Shown in pieces: positions 9,323-16,789 of a DNA stretch of 32,000 nt; the stretch's first letter is position 1, and each line of letters opens with the position of its first letter. The DNA comes from Nostoc punctiforme PCC 73102 (GTDB lineage Bacteria > Cyanobacteriota > Cyanobacteriia > Cyanobacteriales > Nostocaceae): contig NC_010628.1 in NCBI RefSeq assembly GCF_000020025.1, forward strand, positions 6,390,001 through 6,422,000. Reading direction: 5' to 3'. The notes beneath the pieces were generated by a model. The model had not been told where the DNA came from. It saw nothing but the letters and a program-made list of their open reading frames with translations, and searched no databases. The translations under genes were made by a program, and so were the position numbers.

Positions 9323-9847
9323 CTAAAAATCAAAACAACTGTCATCAAGAGATTTCTTCTTCCCTGATACCGTTGGCAATGCCGTCTTTTCTGCTGCTTC
9401 TACTAAAGACCGTGCTACGCGGTCTACATAAGGACGGGATAAAGACCAAATCAGGGGCGATAACCAACCCCGTAGGGTTACAGAATAAGATAAACAAGTG
9501 CCACAAACCGTTGACTCTACTTGATAAGTCACCCGTTCTTCTATTCCTGGAATTGCCAGCACTCGGATACTCAGCATTTCTCTAGGATTGACGCGCTCCA
9601 CAAAAATACGGATGGGAATTGGCGAAAAGCGTGTTACAGCATGAAAAATCAATCCTGGTTTGGGTACTAAACCGTAGGGTACATTAGTACTCTTAAGTAG
9701 TGGATGCCAAGAAACATCTGTTAAGTCAGCAACTTTTTGCCACAGTTCATCTACAGAAGCAGAACTAATCTCTCGATATGTCCGCACCAGAGAAGCGCAA
9801 AACCGACGACGTTTGCGGTGGATGAATTTGGATAACCAATCTTGCAT
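9323..9847 (-). CDS. SRPBCC (START/polyketide cyclase-dehydrase-like) family protein
   Basis: The ORF track gives 9323..9967. I prefer the internal ATG at 9847 (MQDWLSKF...) because GGGAGGAGGA lies just upstream on the coding strand. The size (174 aa) and the pattern WQKVADLTDVSWHP fit SRPBCC proteins. Family assignment is by eye only. Confidence 0.55.
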   Translation of the reverse strand: MQDWLSKFIHRKRRRFCASLVRTYREISSASVDELWQKVADLTDVSWHPLLKSTNVPYGLVPKPGLIFHAVTRFSPIPIRIFVERVNPREMLSIRVLAIPGIEERVTYQVESTVCGTCLSYSVTLRGWLSPLIWSLSRPYVDRVARSLVEAAEKTALPTVSGKKKSLDDSCFDF

Positions 9848-10155
9848 TTTCCTAATCCTCCTCCCTAGACACTTTCTGGTAACTCTGGTATTGTGTGCAA
9901 CTACGCTCAGTTCCTGAAGTACCAAATGAGCGAAATAGTTAAAATTAACAAAATAAAACTCAGTCAATATACAAGCCTATACGCATTTGAGGGAAAATAA
10001 CTCTAGTGATGGCCATCAATCGTATAAATGCTTAACCAGTAAGAAAAAAGCGGGTTGGGCAAATAGAGCTTGATTGTTGGCGCGTGTTTCCCCCAAATTT
10101 TTAAAATTAAGAAATTTGTGGCTTTCTGGAAATTGTAATTTAGGTTCGGGAATCT

Positions 10156-11196
10156 ATGTTGACCAACTCGCAAACACCAACTGTAGCAGCAGAATCATCC
10201 AAGTCTTTGCCAGCACCTGACGCTCAGATTAGAGTCAGTCAGTTTATGAAACAACTGCAAGACGAAATTACTGAATCATTGGCAAAACTAGATGGTGTGG
10301 CTAAGTTTAATGAAGATAGTTGGGAACGCCCTGAAGGGGGTGGAGGGCGATCGCGCGTGCTGCGAGAAGGTGCAATATTTGAACAAGCAGGTGTAAACTT
10401 TTCTGAAGTTTGGGGTTCCCATTTGCCAGCCTCAATTTTAACCCAACGCCCTGAAGCCGCAGGACATGGCTTTTATGCCACGGGTACTTCAATGGTATTA
10501 CATCCTCACAATCCTTACGTGCCCACAGTTCATCTAAATTATCGCTACTTTGAAGCGGGGCCAGTGTGGTGGTTTGGTGGTGGTATTGACTTGACACCTT
10601 ATTACCCCTTCGCTGAAGATGCGGCACATTTACACAAAACATTAAAACAGGCCTGTGACAAACACCACCCAGAGTATTACCCAGTATTTAAGAAATGGTG
10701 TGATGAATATTTTTACCTCAAGCATCGTGATGAGACACGGGGTGTAGGTGGTTTGTTTTTTGATTACCAAGATGGTCAAGGTGCTTTATATCGCGGGCCA
10801 AATCCCAATGGGGAAGCGGCTATTTATAGCAACCAGGTGGGAACACCAGCAACCCGCAATTGGGAAGATTTGTTTGCTTTTGTGCAAGGCTGTGGCAGAG
10901 CATTTTTACCAGCCTATGTACCTATTGTAGAACGGCGGCATGGGATGGAATATGGCGATCGCCAACGGAATTTTCAACTCTATCGCCGGGGACGGTATGT
11001 AGAATTTAACTTGGTTTATGACCGAGGTACTATTTTTGGTCTGCAAACAAACGGACGCACCGAATCAATTCTCATGTCTTTACCGCCTTTAGTGCGCTGG
11101 GAATACGGTTATCAACCAGAACCCAATTCCCCCGAAGCGGAGTTGTATGAAACCTTCCTTAAGCCCCAAGATTGGATTAACTGGACACCCAAATAG
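10156..11196 (+). CDS. hemF: Oxygen-dependent coproporphyrinogen III oxidase
   Basis: 346-aa [38 protein letters not shown] and [21 protein letters not shown] are hallmark HemF segments. Confidence 0.92.
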   Translation: MLTNSQTPTVAAESSKSLPAPDAQIRVSQFMKQLQDEITESLAKLDGVAKFNEDSWERPEGGGGRSRVLREGAIFEQAGVNFSEVWGSHLPASILTQRPEAAGHGFYATGTSMVLHPHNPYVPTVHLNYRYFEAGPVWWFGGGIDLTPYYPFAEDAAHLHKTLKQACDKHHPEYYPVFKKWCDEYFYLKHRDETRGVGGLFFDYQDGQGALYRGPNPNGEAAIYSNQVGTPATRNWEDLFAFVQGCGRAFLPAYVPIVERRHGMEYGDRQRNFQLYRRGRYVEFNLVYDRGTIFGLQTNGRTESILMSLPPLVRWEYGYQPEPNSPEAELYETFLKPQDWINWTPK

Positions 11197-11338
11197 TGCT
11201 GAGTGCAGGGTGCTGTTAGCGATCGCGGGGCGTTTAGTCCGTTCTGGGTGCTGAGTTAGGAGTTAGGAATTCCTCCCTATCTCCCTCATCCTTCTCATCT
11301 TCCACACTCCCCCTCGCTTTAAATTGCTACTCAGCACT
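11195..11338. repeat. 144-bp element bounded by a perfect 10-bp inverted repeat
   Basis: AGTGCTGAGT (11195-11204) and ACTCAGCACT (11329-11338). The interior carries GAGTTAGGAGTTAGG plus a C/T-rich tract. The left repeat overlaps the hemF stop (11194-11196). Confidence 0.65.
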
Positions 11339-11481
11339 TATTTGGTGAGTTAAACTACTAAAGTTAAGCACTTAGCAGAAAAAGGTGACAATTTTAGCTA
11401 TAGCTTGTTAATCTCAAGTGACAGCATTAGACAATTCTGTAACTAGCTAATCTTAAGAAGAATGCCACGGGGAGGGCTTTA

Positions 11482-11850
11482 GTGATTCATATAGACCAAA
11501 AAACTTATACAACTCAAGACGGAAACACCGTTATTGTCCTGACACCAGCTGGTCGCCTCGACATTACCACCGCTTGGCAATTTCGCCTGAAGTTACAAGA
11601 GTGTATTTCCAAACTCAGCCGCCATGTAGTTGTAAATCTGGCTCAGGTAAATTTTATTGATAGTTCTGGTCTCACGTCTTTGGTGGCTGGAATGCGTGAT
11701 GCGGATAAAGTCAAAGGCAGTTTCCGCATCTGCAATGTACATCCAGAAGCCAAACTCGTGTTTGAAGTAACGATGATGGATACTGTCTTCGAAATTTTTG
11801 AAACAGAAGAGGAAGCTTTAGAAGGTGTACCTCGTAGCATCGCTAGCTAA
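11482..11850 (+). CDS. STAS-domain anti-sigma-factor antagonist (SpoIIAA-like)
   Basis: 122-aa ORF with a GTG start preceded by GGAGGG. Contains the motif VNFIDSSGLTSLV with the phosphorylatable Ser context DSSG. No partner kinase or phosphatase is adjacent. Confidence 0.8.
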   Translation: MIHIDQKTYTTQDGNTVIVLTPAGRLDITTAWQFRLKLQECISKLSRHVVVNLAQVNFIDSSGLTSLVAGMRDADKVKGSFRICNVHPEAKLVFEVTMMDTVFEIFETEEEALEGVPRSIAS

Positions 11851-11854
11851 AAAA

Positions 11855-11892
11855 GAGTTAGGAGTTAATTTAAACTTCATAACTCGTAACTC
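11855..11892 (-). terminator. Hairpin from GAGTTAG heptamers between convergent STAS gene and cpcT
   Basis: GAGTTAGGAGTTA / TAACTCGTAACTC: a 13-bp stem with 1 mismatch and a 12-nt loop. On the minus strand it is followed by TTTTT, consistent with an intrinsic terminator for cpcT. Confidence 0.5.
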
Positions 11893-11909
11893 ATGAATGA
11901 TAGATAGGT

Positions 11910-12515
11910 TTATCTTATTGAATACTGATTCCGCTTGGTGTAGCGATAAGGGCCCATAATCGCTCCCCAAGTTGCTTTTCCAGTTTCTGGATCGATTCCT
12001 TTGTCGTAGCTGTGAAATTCAGCCGCAGTGGTTTCAAACCCCAAGGAAACATAGATGCTATTACCAAGATAAGTAAAGCTGCAACGAGTCTCAGGTTGTG
12101 GTGTGGCGGTAAACTTATAGCGATCGCCAGCTAATGCTTCGTGAGTTACTGTTAGGACACAACCTGGTAGTAAATCTAATTGTTTGGCTGACAATGTGTT
12201 CAATAGAGCAGGATTATTGCCTGCACCTCTTAATGCATCGGGATCTTGAGGTATATAGTATTGTACTTCCAGAGATGTGTCAGAGTTGCTGCCCTGACGC
12301 AACCGCATAATTCTCTGGCGGTAAGGTTTATCTAGGTTAATCACGCTAGCTTGTTCGGCAAACAAGGTGATGCTATCTTCTGTAAACAAGTTCACTGGTC
12401 TTTGCCACATTCGGAGATGGACATACCAAACTGGTTCTTCTATAGCTTGTTCCCGATTATCAAATTCACCAGCTAGGTACTCACCTAAAGCAATTAACTG
12501 TGGCGAGAAGTTCAT
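11910..12515 (-). CDS. cpcT: Phycobiliprotein chromophore lyase, CpcT/CpeT family
   Basis: The track start at 12530 is TTG. I prefer the ATG at 12515 (MNFSPQLIALGEYLAGEFDNREQA...), which matches the usual CpcT N-terminus. The rest is the T-type lyase beta-barrel family (WYVHLRMWQRP..., PYRQRIMRL). Confidence 0.85.
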   Translation of the reverse strand: MNFSPQLIALGEYLAGEFDNREQAIEEPVWYVHLRMWQRPVNLFTEDSITLFAEQASVINLDKPYRQRIMRLRQGSNSDTSLEVQYYIPQDPDALRGAGNNPALLNTLSAKQLDLLPGCVLTVTHEALAGDRYKFTATPQPETRCSFTYLGNSIYVSLGFETTAAEFHSYDKGIDPETGKATWGAIMGPYRYTKRNQYSIR

Positions 12516-12719
12516 AAATTCAATAAACAAATCATTAAGGAGAAATATTTTTGGCTAGTTTTTTAGAGGAAAAGGTCTTAATCCCCTGTGGCTACTAGCT
12601 TATAAAATACTTCTGATTTGTTTATATTGTAAATGAAACCGTCGCAAGTCAAAAGCTCAACTTGGCAAAGTAGCCTTTAAGCGAGAAAATAAAGATACGT
12701 CGCCCTTAACATTTTCTTT

Positions 12720-13427
12720 GTGAATAACGTCCGTACTGTCTCTGATACAAAACGAACTTTTTACAATCTTCACACTCGTCCGATTAACACTATTTATCGT
12801 CGGGTAGTAGAAGAATTGATGGTAGAAATGCATCTACTGTCAGTAAATATCGATTTTAGCTACAATCCAATTTATGCCTTGGGCGTCGTCACTACTTTTG
12901 ACCGCTTCATGCAAGGCTATGAACCAGAACGGGATCAAGAATCAATTTTTAACGCCCTATGTCGGGCTATAGAACAAGATCCGCAACACTATCGACAGGA
13001 TGCTGAAAGATTGCAAGCTATAGCTAAAGGTTTGCCAGTTAAAGATTTAATTGGGTGGCTAGGCCAAACTACTTACTTAGATCGAGATGCTGACTTGCAA
13101 GCACAACTGCAAGCGATCGCTAACAATCCTAACTTTAAATACAACCGTTTGTTCGCAATTGGTGTATTTTCGTTATTGGAACAGTCAGATCCTGAATTAG
13201 TCAAAGATGAAAAGCAACTAACTGAGGCGCTAAAAGCGATCGCAGCTGGCTTACACGTATCTGATGACAAACTCAACAAGGATTTGGAATTATACCGTTC
13301 TAACCTAGATAAGATGGCGCAAGCGCTGGTAGTGATGGCAGATATGCTCTCAGCCGATCGCAAAAAACGCGAACAACGTAAACAACAATCAACGGCCCCC
13401 GTTGCTCCCCCAAGTTCCAACGAATAG
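12720..13427 (+). CDS. thf1: Thylakoid formation protein Thf1 / Psb29
   Basis: 235-aa ORF with a GTG start. VSDTKRTFYNLHTRPINTIYRRVVEELMVEMHLLSVN is the conserved Thf1/Psb29 N-terminus. The Gln/Lys-rich C-terminal tail is typical. Confidence 0.9.
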   Translation: MNNVRTVSDTKRTFYNLHTRPINTIYRRVVEELMVEMHLLSVNIDFSYNPIYALGVVTTFDRFMQGYEPERDQESIFNALCRAIEQDPQHYRQDAERLQAIAKGLPVKDLIGWLGQTTYLDRDADLQAQLQAIANNPNFKYNRLFAIGVFSLLEQSDPELVKDEKQLTEALKAIAAGLHVSDDKLNKDLELYRSNLDKMAQALVVMADMLSADRKKREQRKQQSTAPVAPPSSNE

Positions 13428-13431
13428 TTAG

Positions 13432-13479
13432 GAGTTAGGAGTTACGAGTTATTAACAATTAACTCCTAACTTCTAACTC
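13432..13479. terminator. Long hairpin from GAGTTAG heptamers between convergent thf1 and holin-like gene
   Basis: 13432-13451 pairs with 13460-13479 (20 positions, 1 mismatch, 1 G-T) with an 8-nt loop. The repeat begins within the thf1 stop codon (tAGTTAGG). Confidence 0.4.
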
Positions 13480-13492
13480 ATCGCTATTGATT

Positions 13493-13855
13493 TTAAACAC
13501 CCAATAATTTGTAGATTAAGCTGTTAATTATAGTTAGCGTAAATGCTCCAATAACAGCACTCCAAATACCGTAACGTAAGCGGAAGCCCTCTACTAACCA
13601 AGCAGCAATACTAAAGCAAACTACGGCAATCATAAATGTGAAAATGCCGGATAGTAAATCCAATGTAAGTAAATTGGGGACTGCAAAAACAAGGCTTAAA
13701 ATCGGTCTGACTATTGCCGTCACGATACCAAGCACTGCGGCAGAAAGAAAGGCTTTACCAGGAGTATCAATTTCAACTCCTAAAGGTAATTTACTAATGA
13801 TCAACAGGCTGATAGCTGTTACTACCCAAACAATTAAAAGCGTAACGATATTCAT
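13493..13855 (-). CDS. Small 4-TM membrane protein, phage-holin-4_2-like family
   Basis: 120-aa ORF with four predicted hydrophobic helices. The layout resembles the widespread superfamily IV 4-TMS holin-like (PF04020-type) proteins. No lysis genes are nearby. Confidence 0.65.
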   Translation of the reverse strand: MNIVTLLIVWVVTAISLLIISKLPLGVEIDTPGKAFLSAAVLGIVTAIVRPILSLVFAVPNLLTLDLLSGIFTFMIAVVCFSIAAWLVEGFRLRYGIWSAVIGAFTLTIINSLIYKLLGV

Positions 13856-14012
13856 GCCACAACCCCTGAAACGTGAATGGCAATTGGTGATAAATTACTT
13901 CAGTTTATCGGTGGAAAAATCTTTAAAGCTCAACCAATTATTTGTAAGTTAGCAGAAATTTGATTGCTAACCGAATTTTGTTTTAGATATCTTTAGGATT
14001 GAGAAAAAGCTT

Positions 14013-14152
14013 CGGGAGAGTGGGGAAGAAGCAGGGAAGCAGGGAGCAGAGGGGCAGGGGTATAAAGAAGAGACAAGAAAGAGGGGGGAGACAGGAGAGA
14101 GACTTGTTCAATAATTCCTCCTTGTCCCCCTGCTCCCCTGCCCAATCCCTCA
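14013..14152. repeat. Purine-arm/pyrimidine-arm hairpin element, copy B (variant)
   Basis: The core GAAGAGACAAGAAAGAGGGGGGAGACAGGAGAGAGACTTGTTCAATAATTCCTCCTTGTCCCCC is related to copies A and C. It carries an extra left arm, GGGAGAGTGGGGAAGAAGCAGGGAAGCAGGGAGCAGAGGGGCAGGGG, which is the complement-type of the right arms of A and C. It ends 11 nt before the exbD stop. Confidence 0.8.
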
Positions 14153-14163
14153 TACTCGCTATT

Positions 14164-14844
14164 TCATCTTTTAAGAGGTGGTTGGGTTTGTTTGGGTGCT
14201 ACAGGGGCTTTGGATGCAGGTGGGTTGGAAATACCAGGATTGATAGGACTGATGCCTTGCCCGGTTGGAGGCTGACTTATACTAGGTAAGGGTACGGAGT
14301 TAGGTGCTAAGGGGAATTTAGGGGTAATATTCCCCTCGGGATTGATGCCTGGAACTGGTGCTATACCAGGATTGACTGGGAAAGAGGGGATATTAGGCTG
14401 ATTGAGTGAGTTTGTGGGTGGTTGAGATGGGCCAGGAATAATTCCCAAAGAAACGCGATCGCCTCCTACTTGCCGTAGCAAATCCAATGTCTCAATCACA
14501 TCATTATAAGTTGCTGTCCGCGAAGCATTTAGCACCACAACAGCACTGGGGTTTGCTTGGAGATACTGTTTTAGTCTAGCTCCCAAATCATCGCGTTTTA
14601 CAGGCTGTTTTTCTATGTAAGTATTACCAACAGCATCGATAGTTACAATCAGACTTCCGCTCTGTGATGTTATTGCAGATACTGTACTTGGGCTGGCTTT
14701 GGGCAAATCAACATTTATTGCCTGTTGCCGTGTAAATTGTAAAGCCGCTAACAAAAAAAACGTCAGTATACAAAAAACGACATCAATTAAAGGGATGATT
14801 TGAATCTGGACTTCTTCAATTGGGGTATGTAGATTAACTTTCAT
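14164..14844 (-). CDS. exbD: ExbD/TolR-family biopolymer transport protein with ~90-aa Pro-rich C-terminal tail
   Basis: 226-aa ORF. N-terminal PLIDVVFCILTFFLL TM segment plus the ExbD periplasmic core (..VVLNASRTATYNDVIETLDLLRQVG). This is followed by a P/N/G-rich tail with NPGI-like repeats. Confidence 0.85.
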   Translation of the reverse strand: MKVNLHTPIEEVQIQIIPLIDVVFCILTFFLLAALQFTRQQAINVDLPKASPSTVSAITSQSGSLIVTIDAVGNTYIEKQPVKRDDLGARLKQYLQANPSAVVVLNASRTATYNDVIETLDLLRQVGGDRVSLGIIPGPSQPPTNSLNQPNIPSFPVNPGIAPVPGINPEGNITPKFPLAPNSVPLPSISQPPTGQGISPINPGISNPPASKAPVAPKQTQPPLKR

Positions 14845-14884
14845 TTTCTCAATTTAATCGCCTGCTTGGGGGTTTAATTCTTGA

Positions 14885-15613
14885 CTAATTAGGTAAATTC
14901 GGGGGTTCAGGAGGTTCAGGCAACCTAGTCTTTCCTGGCTTGCGGGGTGGAGTGAAATTTTCCCGGACAATTGGTGATGTAATATTACTAAAATCAGGGG
15001 GGGACTGGCGGTAGAGTAATTCCATCTCATTCCCTGCCTTCCGAAAAACTTTGACTTGGTTAACTACAAAACTTTGAAATAGTCGATAAAATGCCAAGCT
15101 AATAATGGCAACTATTAACCCAGTTGCCGTACTAATTAAGGATTCACCAATACCAGTAGTCACTCCGGCGGTAGATTCAGTTCCCAAATCGCCAATCCGA
15201 ATTGAGCGCAGAGACTGGATTAGACCCAGAACTGTACCCAACAATCCCAGCAGGGGCGCGAGGGCAATCACAGCCTCTAAAAGCTTTTCGCCGCGCCGCA
15301 TTCCAGCCAATTCATCTTCTGCTGTAGCCTCAAGTGCTAGTCGAAAGGTTTCCACATCAGTTTTTGCAAAACGTAAAGGGGCATAGAGAAAACGCCCGAC
15401 AGGTTGATGGCTTGCTTGTTTGGCAATGTCAGCAGCTGCTTGCCAATTATCTTGTGCAGCATCCAGAATGCGATCAACTATTTGCTTTTCCTGAGTCAAA
15501 ATTCGCAACCAGAACCACAAACGCTCAAAAATCACACTCAAAGATAGAATCGACAGGACAAGTAAAGGCCACATCGCTGGCCCGCCCTTATAAAATAAAT
15601 CTAAAATATCCAC
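14885..15613 (-). CDS. exbB: MotA/TolQ/ExbB proton-channel family protein
   Basis: 242-aa ORF with a GTG start preceded by GGAGGGAGG. Typical ExbB core ([16 protein letters not shown]..., [33 protein letters not shown]). Pro-rich C-terminal end [21 protein letters not shown]. It lies 40 nt upstream of exbD on the same strand. Confidence 0.85.
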   Translation of the reverse strand: MDILDLFYKGGPAMWPLLVLSILSLSVIFERLWFWLRILTQEKQIVDRILDAAQDNWQAAADIAKQASHQPVGRFLYAPLRFAKTDVETFRLALEATAEDELAGMRRGEKLLEAVIALAPLLGLLGTVLGLIQSLRSIRIGDLGTESTAGVTTGIGESLISTATGLIVAIISLAFYRLFQSFVVNQVKVFRKAGNEMELLYRQSPPDFSNITSPIVRENFTPPRKPGKTRLPEPPEPPNLPN

Positions 15614-15978
15614 TGTTTAAGTTTCCTCCCTCCATGACTAGAGCAAATGTGCTAAGGCATTTTAATTCTAGAGATTAATGCAAAATGAGGGACTTCCAAA
15701 ATATAAATTTCTCGAAAAGCTAAAAAGACACTCTAAGCATGGCGTATTTGACTTAGAGTGGTGGACAAACTTGCTGCTGGGTTGCCATAATCCCGAATTA
15801 ATACAATCACTGTCTAATTTGTCAAACCCTTGCGGTATTAAACTCTTATGGATAATTACAAAATAGGTTTTTGATGACAGATTACGAGTAGCGTCTTCCA
15901 GACTAATTAGGGCGGTTATTCGCACCGGAAGTTTTTAGGATAATTTGTCAAAATTAAAGATAACTGGAGGTTCAAAAT

Positions 15979-16293
15979 ATGAAATTTTCAATCCAATCAC
16001 TTTACACCTGGTATCGCGATGTGCTCCGTAACCCCAAGTACCGTTGGTGGGTTATTTTAGGAACGTTGGTCTATTTGGTCAGCCCATTTGATGTTCTCCC
16101 AGATTTTATACCCGTTGTGGGACAGATTGATGATGTTTTCCTTTTGACTCTGCTAGTTTCTGAGGTGTCTGGGCTAGTAATTGAGGGCTGGAAGGCTCGT
16201 AAGAGTGAGGTGGGTAATGAAGTGCCTAATACTACTGATGGTTCTACCTCTAGTGCAAGCACTATTGATGTTGATGCTGTTTCTGTTAAGTAG
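15979..16293 (+). CDS. DUF1232 (YkvA-like) membrane protein
   Basis: 104-aa ORF with GGAGG 9 nt upstream of the ATG. Contains the signature LVSPFDVLPDFIPVVGQIDDVFLL. Confidence 0.7.
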   Translation: MKFSIQSLYTWYRDVLRNPKYRWWVILGTLVYLVSPFDVLPDFIPVVGQIDDVFLLTLLVSEVSGLVIEGWKARKSEVGNEVPNTTDGSTSSASTIDVDAVSVK

Positions 16294-16342
16294 TTTTAAT
16301 AAAACCCCTGCTTTTGGAATCTGAGGTGGGGGATATTTTTTT

Positions 16343-16384
16343 AACGCAAAGGGGCGCGGAGGGAAGCGCGGAGGTTCGCGGAGG
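16343..16384. repeat. Left inverted repeat of the GxxExxY cassette, with three CGCGGAGG units
   Basis: AACGCAAAGGGGCGCGGAGGGAAGCGCGGAGG. CGCGGAGG occurs at 16355-62, 16367-74 and 16377-84. Confidence 0.75.
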
Positions 16385-16389
16385 GGGAG

Positions 16390-16752
16390 TTAGAGGTTGT
16401 TGGCTAAGCGTTTGATGCCTTCTTTGAGGTGGAGGACGTTGAAGTTGAGGAGAAGACCTAGTTTGCAGTTTGCTAGTTTGAGATAGGTTAGGAGTTGGAC
16501 GGAGTGAATGGGGTGGAATAATTCTACAGATTTAATCTCTACAATTACTTTGTTTTCGACTATCAAATCTAATCGATAAACACATTCCAATTGCACATCT
16601 TGATAAACTAAGGGCAATGGAATTTGCTTACCAACATTCAACCCGGACTTCTTCAACTCATAATCCAAACACTCCTTATAAGCCGACTCTAATAAACCAG
16701 GCCCCAAAGCAGTATGCACCCTCATCGCACAACCAATAATCACCCCACTCAA
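16390..16752 (-). CDS. GxxExxY protein (PD-(D/E)XK nuclease-fold family)
   Basis: Family signature ALGPGLLESAYKECLDYEL (G-x-x-E-x-x-Y) plus DLIVENKVIVEIK (D...E.K). The only in-frame start is the TTG at 16752. The frame is open 13 codons further upstream (TQRGAKGNAENEL) with no ATG or GTG, so the 5' end is uncertain. Confidence 0.75.
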   Translation of the reverse strand: MSGVIIGCAMRVHTALGPGLLESAYKECLDYELKKSGLNVGKQIPLPLVYQDVQLECVYRLDLIVENKVIVEIKSVELFHPIHSVQLLTYLKLANCKLGLLLNFNVLHLKEGIKRLANNL

Positions 16753-16758
16753 CTCATT

Positions 16759-16789
16759 CTCTGCGTTTCCCTTCGCGCCCCTCTGCGTT
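16759..16789. repeat. Right inverted repeat of the GxxExxY cassette
   Basis: The minus strand reads AACGCAGAGGGGCGCGAAGGGAAACGCAGAG, which matches the left repeat at 21 of the first 23 positions. It overlaps the TAA stop (16789-16791) of the GH15-like gene. Confidence 0.75.

Noticed and set aside
9135-9326. 63-aa plus-strand ORF (..RQGRQGRGGRQERGFFNNSPLSPLS..)
   Set aside because: It is a translation of hairpin repeat element A. The same peptide text recurs at 13999-14289 and 29166-29393 only because the DNA repeat recurs. The composition is low-complexity and no start context exists.
9848-9967. N-terminal 40-codon extension of the SRPBCC ORF
   Set aside because: The internal ATG at 9847 has a strong GGAGGAGG upstream, and the extension looks non-protein-like (MTEFYFVNFNYFAHL...).
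10307-10642. 111-aa minus-strand ORF
   Set aside because: Antisense shadow inside hemF.
13073-13420. 115-aa minus-strand ORF
   Set aside because: Antisense shadow of thf1 with Ser/Cys/Ala-rich composition typical of wrong-strand reading.
13999-14289. 96-aa plus-strand ORF overlapping element B and the 3' end of exbD
   Set aside because: Repeat-derived low-complexity translation, antisense to a well-supported exbD.
14167-14440. Pro-rich ExbD tail as a fused TonB
   Set aside because: No TonB C-terminal domain follows the Pro-rich region. The ORF ends in the low-complexity tail, so it is not a TonB fusion.
15105-15678. 93-aa and 114-aa plus-strand ORFs
   Set aside because: Antisense to exbB, running into its promoter region. 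No support.
15668-15925. 85-aa (minus) and 62-aa (plus) ORFs in the exbB / DUF1232 divergent spacer
   Set aside because: They overlap each other on opposite strands in AT-rich promoter DNA. There is no SD and no family resemblance. A small protein cannot be excluded, but nothing supports one.
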